A DNA stretch of 35,249 bases, from positions 1 through 35,249 of the forward strand of contig CAYXVS010000003.1 of the NCBI GenBank assembly GCA_964468735.1, written 5' to 3'. Source of the stretch: an uncultured Anaerolineales bacterium. Lineage in GTDB: Bacteria > Chloroflexota > Anaerolineae > B4-G1 > SLSP01. The notes under the pieces were generated by a model. It was given only the letters and a program-made list of their open reading frames with translations, ran no database searches and was not told the origin of the DNA. Below, piece by piece: positions 15,437 to 24,600 of the stretch (its first letter is position 1; the number at the start of each line of letters is the position of its first letter). Position numbers and translations under genes: made by a program.

Positions 15437-16753
15437 TCAGGATGACGAGGGAAGCGCCCGTTGATCTTCAGACGCTTGCTCCTCAGAAGAAATTGGAGAA
15501 AGAACACTTACTCGCTCCTGCCCATATAAGTCGGTAATGATCTTTTTAAGGAAATTCGCCTGTTCAAACATCACACGGCGCACCGATGGATCCTGATCCG
15601 CCATCGATTGCAGCACGCTCAAAAATCGCAACAGGACCAATTGGGAAGTTTCCTCATCATCCTCTTGGTGTAGCTTTTGGATACCCGGCATCATCCCGGT
15701 GACCAATTCCACCTGCATCTGAACGCGGGCCTGATCAACCAGATGTTTCTGGACAACCTCACCTTCAGTAAGTTGCTGGGCCGCGAAATTCTGCCACTCG
15801 CTTTGCCAAGCTTCCAGCCATTGACGGGAAACAGCCTCTTCATCGGGCTGGATGGGCCCAAGTTGCACCTGCTCCACGATGATGCCCATCCCTTCGCCGC
15901 TCTTGCGCACAGCCTCAAAGATTTCCACCTCTAGTTGAGCAACAGGCGGCATAGCATCTTCGGACGAGGCTAAAAATTCATCCAAGTTGTATGTTTCCAA
16001 GCGATTGCGAATGGCGCTATCTAAGGAACCGCCGGAGATGCGGCCCGTCCAATCTTGAATCACCCCGCCGGCCTTACGACGCTTGATCGTCGCCGCTGTG
16101 ACGACCGCTTGCTCGTCAAAGGGATATGGCACATCTGAGGTTGGCTCTTGACCACCGTCATCGATACGAAAGCGGACACTGGCTTCACAGGAGATGGGGA
16201 TGCCATCGCGCGTCATCATCCCCACACTGACGGTTCGGCGCTGTGGACGCAGGTCGACCACATCCCACACCTTTTCAAAGGGGTCCAAGGTGTGAAAGCC
16301 CGGTCCCCAAACACGATACAGCTTCCCCAAGCGCGAGGTCACCACCGCCGAATCATGGCCCACGCTAAGGAAGCCGGGGCCACCGACTTTGCGCATCGTC
16401 GCCGGGCCATCGGGTGTAGCACGTCCCTTTTCCGCACGCCAGATGGGGTGAAGGGGTTTGCGCAAAGGAAGGCCAAACAGCACCAGGCGAACAAATTCCT
16501 CCGCATCCTTCTCCGACAGATCATAGAGTTGACGCAGGATTTGAATAAACAAGGTTCGCACATGCCAAACGCCAAACGCCAAGCTGGCCATAAAGCCCGC
16601 TATCGCTAACGGGAATTGCATCCGGCGCTCCAGAAGCATCTCCCGCAGCAAATGAGGCGCTACGACCAGAACCAGCGCCGCCATCACAATAGGAACGATG
16701 AGAATGATCAACCCAAAGAGAGAGAATGTCATGCGGCCTTTCTGCTCTGTCAT
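15437..16753 (-). CDS. SPFH/band-7 (stomatin-like) domain membrane protein, 2 N-terminal TM helices
   Basis: AVVTSRLGKLYRVWGPGFHTLDPFEKVWDVVDLRPQRRTVSVGMMTRDGIPISCEASVRFRIDD aligns well with the stomatin core (RLGR..GPG..PF.EK...VDLR.Q...V...T.D.VPV....V.FRV.D). The later segment is IRNRLETYNLDEFL...GIIVEQVQLGPIQP. AAGGAGG lies 7 nt upstream. The gene starts only 25 nt downstream of the preceding SPFH gene. Confidence 0.75.
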   Translation of the reverse strand: MTEQKGRMTFSLFGLIILIVPIVMAALVLVVAPHLLREMLLERRMQFPLAIAGFMASLAFGVWHVRTLFIQILRQLYDLSEKDAEEFVRLVLFGLPLRKPLHPIWRAEKGRATPDGPATMRKVGGPGFLSVGHDSAVVTSRLGKLYRVWGPGFHTLDPFEKVWDVVDLRPQRRTVSVGMMTRDGIPISCEASVRFRIDDGGQEPTSDVPYPFDEQAVVTAATIKRRKAGGVIQDWTGRISGGSLDSAIRNRLETYNLDEFLASSEDAMPPVAQLEVEIFEAVRKSGEGMGIIVEQVQLGPIQPDEEAVSRQWLEAWQSEWQNFAAQQLTEGEVVQKHLVDQARVQMQVELVTGMMPGIQKLHQEDDEETSQLVLLRFLSVLQSMADQDPSVRRVMFEQANFLKKIITDLYGQERVSVLSPISSEEQASEDQRALPSSS

Positions 16754-16778
16754 ACGAATGCCTCCTTCACTCCTACTC

Positions 16779-18275
16779 TCAACCTCGCTGCCATTTTACA
16801 ATTTGCCTATGCGCTTGTTCTATCGTCATCGTCACCGATTCCGGAAGCAACGCTTTGACATCCGGCGACCGCGCAATATGATCCAATGACTCGAGGAGCC
16901 GTACCGTCACCAAGGTACGAGCTTCTTTCGGGCTGAGGTCATTGAATTTCTTGGACTCTTCAAACAGGCCTTGCGTCAATTCCATCAGCATTTGCCCCCG
17001 CACACGTCCAAATTGTTTCTGGCGTTGAGCCAAGATTTTGCCGTTCTTTTTCATCATCTCACTGATCCACTGAGCCTTCCAGGCCTCGATGCGCTGCTTC
17101 ACAACGGTCTCATCCACCGGGATGATTTTGTTGCCCACGCCGCCGCCATCGATGCGGATGCCTTTCGGCTCGATCTCCTCTTTCACACGCTGCTTAACCT
17201 CCCCGCCAATCGCGCCGCGCGGCAATTGCTCGCCCATCGCGTACAGATCGTCCAAGCTATATCGCGCCACCACCTGTTTGACGTGATGCTTCGCGACGGT
17301 CAGCGGGAGATCTTCCCACGGCAGCGCCTGATGGGCGTCCAACGGGGTCTTGCCCTCCGGATTGACCTCAGCGGCGAAGACGGCCTTATAGGCCGCACTG
17401 CTTCGATAGGGCCACGTTTGCCCCAACTCCGGGACTCTCTCACCGGGATTAATGCGGAAAATCGAAGCGATCGGCAAGTTGACTTTGATGCCGTCGCGCG
17501 TCAGCGCCTCGACACGCTCCGCTCGGAGCTGCTGCCGGAGATCGACGACCGAATGCACTTGTTCCATTGCACTGGTCACGATGGTTCCTGGTCCAAAGAC
17601 GCCCCGGAACTTGGCGGAGTCCTTGATCGCTGCCGCGTTGTGGGGTTCTGTGATGACCAAGCCCGGCCCGCTGCCGTGAAATGGGTTCCCTTTGATCCGG
17701 GTCTTGGGTTCTCCATTAACGACGACAATCGAAGGCTTGGGGTAGGTCGTGAAAAATCCAGCGAAATATGCCAAGGCTTTCTTGCGATACCCTTCCATAT
17801 CCGGCGGGAAAGGGAATAATTCCGGCGCCCAGAAAAAGATCGCCAAGACCGTCAAAATGGGAGGGATGAGTAAGCTGGTGATAAAGAGTAAGATCAACAA
17901 CCAAGAGGCGTCGGAAAGTAAAAGTAAGGGCGCAAATAACAAGGATAAAAGTCCACAAGTGCCGACTAATCCCCACGCTACCCAGGCCGGGGTCACGCCT
18001 GTCCACCAGGCGAAGATCAGGAAGATGGTCAAAGGGAGACACGTAGAGACAACTAAGATGCCTACCCATCCTAAGATCGAAGGGCGAAGGATGCCGCCCC
18101 ACAAGATCCCCATCAGTGGCAGGAGCAATGGCCCACCCAGGTGCCACAGTAGCCAGAGGGCACGCGTCTCAGGTTGCACATACTCTTGGCTCACCTCCAG
18201 AGGATGTTTTTGTAGATATTCTTGTAGATAAAAGAATAACCCCAGGTAAATTAGCAAGATGATAAAATATAGCAT
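16779..18275 (-). CDS. SPFH/band-7-like domain membrane protein, polytopic N-terminus (about 5-6 TM helices); paralog of 15437..16753
   Basis: GPGLVITEPHNAAAIKDSAKFRGVFGPGTIVTSAMEQVHSVVDLRQQLRAERVEALTRDGIKVNLPIASIFRINPG parallels the SPFH core of the neighbouring gene. The later segment is VARYSLDDLYAM...GIRIDGGGVGNKIIPVDE...RIEAWKAQW. AAGGAGGA lies directly upstream of the ATG. Confidence 0.7.
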   Translation of the reverse strand: MLYFIILLIYLGLFFYLQEYLQKHPLEVSQEYVQPETRALWLLWHLGGPLLLPLMGILWGGILRPSILGWVGILVVSTCLPLTIFLIFAWWTGVTPAWVAWGLVGTCGLLSLLFAPLLLLSDASWLLILLFITSLLIPPILTVLAIFFWAPELFPFPPDMEGYRKKALAYFAGFFTTYPKPSIVVVNGEPKTRIKGNPFHGSGPGLVITEPHNAAAIKDSAKFRGVFGPGTIVTSAMEQVHSVVDLRQQLRAERVEALTRDGIKVNLPIASIFRINPGERVPELGQTWPYRSSAAYKAVFAAEVNPEGKTPLDAHQALPWEDLPLTVAKHHVKQVVARYSLDDLYAMGEQLPRGAIGGEVKQRVKEEIEPKGIRIDGGGVGNKIIPVDETVVKQRIEAWKAQWISEMMKKNGKILAQRQKQFGRVRGQMLMELTQGLFEESKKFNDLSPKEARTLVTVRLLESLDHIARSPDVKALLPESVTMTIEQAHRQIVKWQRG

Positions 18276-18354
18276 AGCATCCTCCTTGCACAGATTAGTA
18301 TCATCGAATCATTGAGGCCAATGGAGTACAAAACCGACTTATCTTTAACTTAGG

Positions 18355-18489
18355 CCGTTCCAAGAAAATAAACCTCCCAAAAACGAGTGGTTTTCTGCCT
18401 GTGGCCCTCCTTGGCCCTAAGGCCCAATGGCCGAGGGAAGGCCCCATGGCCGTGGGAGGGAAAAGTATCAGGTTTGGGAGATTTTAAAT
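18355..18489. repeat. Family C palindromic element with a different GC-rich core
   Basis: The left arm is ccgttccaagaaaataaacctcccaaaaacga (18355..18385). The right arm is gggaaaagtatcaggtttgggagattttaaat (18458..18489). Both match the outer arms at 15206.. and 15386.., but the interior is an unrelated ggcc-rich segment. Confidence 0.7.
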
Positions 18490-18574
18490 CCTGAAACTAC
18501 CTTAGCACAATACTTTTACTTAACTTTAGCACGAAACTACAAAAAAGGGAAATCCCGAACATACCAAGGCCAAC

Positions 18575-18627
18575 CTTATAAAATCAAAGGACGTGGAGAA
18601 GCTCAACGTTATAGCTTCTCCACGTCC
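18575..18627 (-). terminator. Strong rho-independent terminator after the 2502-aa gene
   Basis: A perfect 15-bp stem pairs ggacgtggagaagct (18589..18603) with agcttctccacgtcc (18613..18627) around a 9-nt loop. On the minus strand it is followed by TTTGATTTTATAAG. It lies about 20 nt past the stop codon at 18648. Confidence 0.8.
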
Positions 18628-18647
18628 CATCTCTCGCCGGAAACGGA

Positions 18648-21600
18648 TCAGTATTGCTTGAGAATCACGGGGAGATAGACCTCCGTGCCGCCGGGAAGTG
18701 CGTCGCGATCCACGGCTCGATTGTTTTCCTCGTTCCAGTCCTTGACAATCAACTCCGTGGTATAGCCAATGTCCACCCGATTGATGATCTCGCGGTGCGT
18801 CGACGGAATCGATTCCGCCAACTGGATGGCGAAGGTCACCCACCCGGATGCGCCGACATCCAGCGTGCCATCATTATCAGAAAGTCGGAAAACATACTGC
18901 CCATCCGCCACCCGGAGCCAGCGACCACTCATCCCTATGAGGGTCTGCGCGGAACCGCCATCGAAATTCACATATTCGCTGGGCGCGATGGTCTCCGTCA
19001 AGACAACATTGGAGACTGGCAACTCAGAGCTGGTGTGATTGGTGTAGGCGATGGTGTAAACCAATCGCTGCCCCGGCTCGACATCGGCGACGCCATCGTC
19101 TTTGCTCACCTGCACATCGATGCGAGGGGCCGGCGATTTGATGACGTCCACGCAGGCCATCTCCTGGCCTTGTGCGTCCGATGGCAATTGAATGGTGTTG
19201 CAATACTCGCCGGCTGCCAGGAAGGGATCGGTGGTCACGCGGAAGGTGACGGCGTACTCACCTGCGACGGGAAGGTCGATGCCGTCCCAGATGATGAGCT
19301 GGCGGTCGCCGGACTGCGTCACCTCCGCCGGCGCGATGCTGGCGCTCGCAAAGGTGAAGTCCGACGGAAGCGTGTCGGTGATCCGCACGCCGTTGATCGG
19401 GGCCGCGCTGTCGTTAAAGAGTCTGAGGGTGTAAGTAACGGCCCCCCCGGCCTCAACTTTCGTGGGTTTCACGTTCTTGCTCATTGAAAGGCCGCCACGC
19501 CGGACGCCGTCCACGTCACTATCGGCGTTGTTATCACGCTCGATCTCCAAGCTATCCGCGCCATCGTCCAATCTATAACCAATCTCAATGTGGTTCTCTA
19601 ACACCTCGATGTCGTCGGGGATGCTATCCGCCAGTGTAACCTGGAAGAATAACTCGCCTGACTGACCCGGTTGTAGCCCCGACGCAGGCTTCAATTCCAG
19701 CTTATAGACGCCGCCGCTGCCACTCCAATTACTGCTCTGGATCACGTCCGGCTGCATAAAGGTATCGGTGAGGATAATCGTATCGATGGGAGCATCTGAT
19801 TCGACCGCGTTGGTGTAGCGGATCGTGTAGTTCAAGGTGTCGCCGCCCGCGACCCAATCAACGCCATCGTTCTTGCTCACCTGCACATCCATCATAGGCA
19901 GCGCGGAGACATAGACGCGGCCTCCCAACGGCGTGACGGGAGATTGCAACTCGCCGTCCTGTTCGATTTGGACGGTGTTGGTGTAGTAGCCGGTCTGAGC
20001 GTAGCGATCGATGGTGGCGTTAAAGACCCATTCACGGGACTCCTCCGGCGCCATTGTAAATTCATTCGATGTAACCTGTTGTTGTCCCTCCGATGTGATG
20101 CCCGCCGGCAACGTGTCAATAACACGCACATCATGACTTTGATCGTTGCTGGTATTGTAGAGCGTGACGGTATAGATCAGGTCATCGCCGGCCTGGGGCC
20201 ATTGCGGAGAAGCGTCCTTCGTCACAAGCACTTTATCTCCTTCCCCAAGGATGATCGTCTCATCCACCGCCGAGTTATTTTCAACATTGGTCTCTCTCAC
20301 CCGCTCGGTTGTCGTGTAATCGATCTCCACGCGATTGAGTACGATAGTTTCCTCAGGGAGATCATCCGCAAGTCGCACCACGAAGGTCAGCTCGCCACTC
20401 GCCATCGCTGCTGGATCTTCAATGACATAGCGATACTGCCGGCCTCCAATCTGCGTCCAGTCCGAACTCAATACCTCCGCGACTTCCGGCGGCACCGTCT
20501 CCACCAGGGTCAAGGAGGAGAAGACCGGCTCATCAGATTCGGCTCTGTACTGGATAGTATAGGTGAGAATTTGCCCCGCCCCAACCCAGGTCATGTCATC
20601 GCTCTTGGTCACCTGCACATCCACGTTTGGCGGAGGTAAGACCTCTAAGCAGGCCAGGCCCTCGACCGGCGGTTGAACGATCGGCTCGCTGCCATCACGG
20701 GGATCGCGCAACACTTGGACAGCATTACACAGCGTGCCCGACTCGGCCCAAGGATCGACCCGCGCACGGAAGCGGAGTTGGGCTGAGTAATCCGCGAACA
20801 TGCGGTAAGACGACCACACCACCTTTTCATGCCCTGCCTCCGTCATTGTTATCGGACTAAGACCATACAAATCCTCGACGAAGGTGACGGAAATTGGCAA
20901 CGTGTCGGTGATCCAAAGATAGTACCCTTGAGCGTCATTGTTGATCAAAGTGACGGTATAGGTGACGAAATCACCGGGCCGCACGGCCATCGGCTCGACC
21001 TCCTTGCCGATCTGGATGCCGACCACGCCGCTGAGCACATCCGTATCAGGATCGTCGAAGTTGTTATTGTTCGAAAGGTCGACATCTATCGCCTCCTCAT
21101 CCGTGGTGAAGCCGACCTCAACGCGGTTGACAATCGCATCCACCGCCGGGATCGTCGGATGCACGCGCACCGGGAAGGCTACCGATCCGCCCTCGCCGGG
21201 TTCCAACACGCCCGTGATGACTTTCCGATATTTACCTTGCTCCAGCCGCTCCCATGTCAGATCGGGCGGGTCCAACTCATCCGGCCCGAGGACATAATTG
21301 CGCGGCTCGAAGGTATCGGTGATGATGATGCTTTCCACCTTGTAACCGGGCTTGTATTCTAATTGCTCCGGCTCAGCGTTCGTATAGGAAATGGTGTAGG
21401 TCAGCCATTGACCGGGCACCACCGTGGTGATGCCGTCCGTCTTGCCGATTTGCACGTCTAACTTTTGCAGGCCCTCGACCTGGACCTCGGCCAAGTTGGC
21501 GTGGTCGGGAAGCGCTCGTCCGGCCATATCCTCCACATAGACGCGATTGAACGCCGGACCGGTAGGGGCAATCTTCAAGACGCGCGCCTGGAATTGCAGC

Positions 21601-24600
21601 GTCCTCGTCACGCCCGGCTCCAGACGTATCGCCGACCAGACCACCTCTTCCTGCTCAAACGGCGGCGATCCATAGGTCCGAGTCGAGACATTTGTGGGAT
21701 CTATGGCGTTGGCGAAGACAAAGTCTGGCGGCAGCCGATCCACGACCTGCACGGTATAGGGATCTTGGATGTTGTCGGAGAGTCCTAAGCCAATGGTGTA
21801 GGTCACCAAGCGCCCGGCCTTGACGTTCGTCGGATCGGCCTGCTTGGTCACAGAGATAGGATCACGCCCCAACAGCAGATCAAAGTCCACGCTGACGTTG
21901 TTTTTAGGCGTCGCATCTGCCGTATTCGCATCCACCACGTAACCAATCTCAACCTGAGAGCGGATGCCAAGCTCCTCGTCTGGAACGTTATTGGCAACAC
22001 TGACAGTAAATGACATCACCCCCGTTTCGCCTGCCGTCATAGGCGATTCAATCGTGTGGACATACTGCCCGCTGCCCACCTCCTCCCAATCATCAGAGAT
22101 TAAATTAACCGATCCAGCCGGCTCGAGCGTTGTGGTCAAGATGACGGCCTGGAACGTGCTGGTATAGGTTTCATCCGAAGGAGCAGGGGAGCTGTTAGTA
22201 TAGTAGATCGTATAATCCAGCGTCTCACCTTCATTGACCCAGAAAGAGTCATCGCTATGACTGACTTCAGCATCCAAGCGCGGCAACTCAGTCACCCAGA
22301 CCCGCGCCAAGCCATCGCGCTCGGGCAGTCGCACATCGCCCATCTGTACTTGGACCGTGTTGGGGTAACTGCCCTCATAAGCCAGCCGATCCACCTGCAC
22401 AGGCAAGGGAACCTGTAGTTCTGCCCTCGGATCAATGGGCAATGCATCCCAAATCACCAACTGGTGACCATCTTGCCACTCCGTGTGCACGCCGCTCGGA
22501 TAGGGCGTCGCCAGGGTGAAGGAGACCGGGAGCGTATCCGTCACGATCAAGTCATAGGCATCGAAGGTCTGATTTTGGAACGTCAAGGTATAGGTCAACC
22601 GCTCGCCAGCGATCACGGTGTTTGGATCTGCGCTCTTCGAGACGTTGACGTTAGGTTTACCGAACACGTAGACCGGCGCCGTTGGGCCAGTATCGGAAAT
22701 ATCGACGGGGGTGCCGGTGCTGTCATTGAGCGCCTCGATCATCGCGTTGTTGTAATACTTGGCCGTGTAAAGATCTGCCCCCGTCTTCGCTGTGAAGACG
22801 AATTGCAGAGTATCACCACCATTTAGATTCCCAGAGACGCGCCACACCAGCATCTGAGGGTCGCTATCCGGTACAACCTCAGGCGGTTGCCCACTAACGA
22901 TTCCCTGGTACTCAAAGCCGCTGGGCAAGACATCTGTAATGACAATGTTGGATAATCGATAATCGGCGCCGTTGTACAAGTTGAGGGTATAGGTCACCAG
23001 ACTGTCGGTGTAAACCTCGCGCGGCGTCACATCCTTGTAGAATCCAATGCCGGAGACGACAAAGACCTCCACATTATCGGTATATTTTTCTGAAAGGCCC
23101 CAGTTGATCGGCGCTTCAGCATCGACCCAGTTGTGCTGTAATCCTAGCTGAGGCCCGGAACGCGCCTTAAAGCTGAGGTCCACGGATTCCTCCGGCCCAA
23201 TTTCATCCAAGGTCCACGAGGGCAGGAAGGTGTCCGGCTCCGGTGTGTCACCGACAACGTCGACGTAGCTCCATTTCTCCGGCAACACATCGGTGATGAC
23301 GACATTATGAACCACTGCGCCAGTTTGGTTTTCCACCTGGAGCACGTACAGCACCTCGTTGTAGGGAGCGACCTCCTCAACATCGGGTTCCTTCTGAATT
23401 TCTATCCCTTTGACCACCTCACCTTGATAGTGATAACGCACTCTTTGCGTTCCACCTCCTTCCCTGTCCACTTCATAGACGGCGGCGGGGATACAAATGG
23501 AGGGATCATCAACCGAGAGGGCTTGAACTTCACTGCGGAAGTTATCCTCTTCGTCTATCGCTTGCAACCTAGCTGTGATGATACGCTCTCCCCGAAGCGG
23601 AATCGTCAAATCATCCCAATAGACCACCCCCGGTTCGGCGTCACCGGGTGGCGTCGCGGTCGGCACGGAGGTCGAAAGGAGCGTGAAACGTTTGTCGCTT
23701 TTTTGGCCATAAGGAATCGTCCAGGCAAGCGTGATGCCGCTGACGGGCTGGATAGGCTCGGTCCGGTTATCACGCATCGTCAACGTCAAGACAACCTGCT
23801 CGTTGATCGCCACGGGATTAGGATAGAACTCCTGCAACAAGGAGACATGCGGATAGACATACACCCACGCCAATTCTGGCATATTCGTGCGCGTACCTTG
23901 ATCCTCCACAAAGAACTGAACGGTCCCCGGCCCTTGGAACGCCCCCTCTCCCTCTGGCCCCATGGCATTACACCAGTCTGTGTGCAGGCCGCTGCCCGTC
24001 GCCGAGACAGTGAAGGTGTGAGAAAAAGTATCCCCCGGATCGAGCGGCGTGGCAATCGGCCCGTGCTCATATAGATCATCACCATCCGCACGATCCGTCC
24101 ATTTTATATAGAAATTTTTAAACGGAAGGACGTCTTGATTCAGTGCATCTTCGTAACCCGTAACCGTGTAGACATCTTTAGACGAGACATTCCGAATCCT
24201 TGCCGTATAAGTGATCAGATCCCCCAGGACAACGGAGGTAGTCTCTGCGTACTTATTGATCCGGAAGGGGGTATCTGCCGTCACCCTCGCCCCCTTGAAG
24301 TCGCACATAATAGTCTCACCACTATACGCTGACATCTCATTCTGATACTTCTTCCCTGGGATACCGTTCACCTCGGCTTGGAAGGCAAAGGTGTAATATT
24401 CACCTGATGCCACGCCAGGTAAATTCCATACCACAATGCGGTCCGCACCTGGCAATGGGTCAAGCCCCGTAGTAGGCGTGACCATTTTGATAAAGGAGAA
24501 AAACCGTCCGGTCAATTTATCTAATGGCAAAGTATCTGTCAACACCAACGGGCCAGCGATATCTCTGGGGCCGATGTTCTCCACGCGAATTGTATAGGTC

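Noticed and set aside
18427-18678. 83-aa plus-strand ORF in the SPFH/giant intergenic region.
   Set aside because: It runs across the family C repeat and the terminator hairpin into the end of the giant gene on the opposite strand. It has no RBS and a low-complexity translation.
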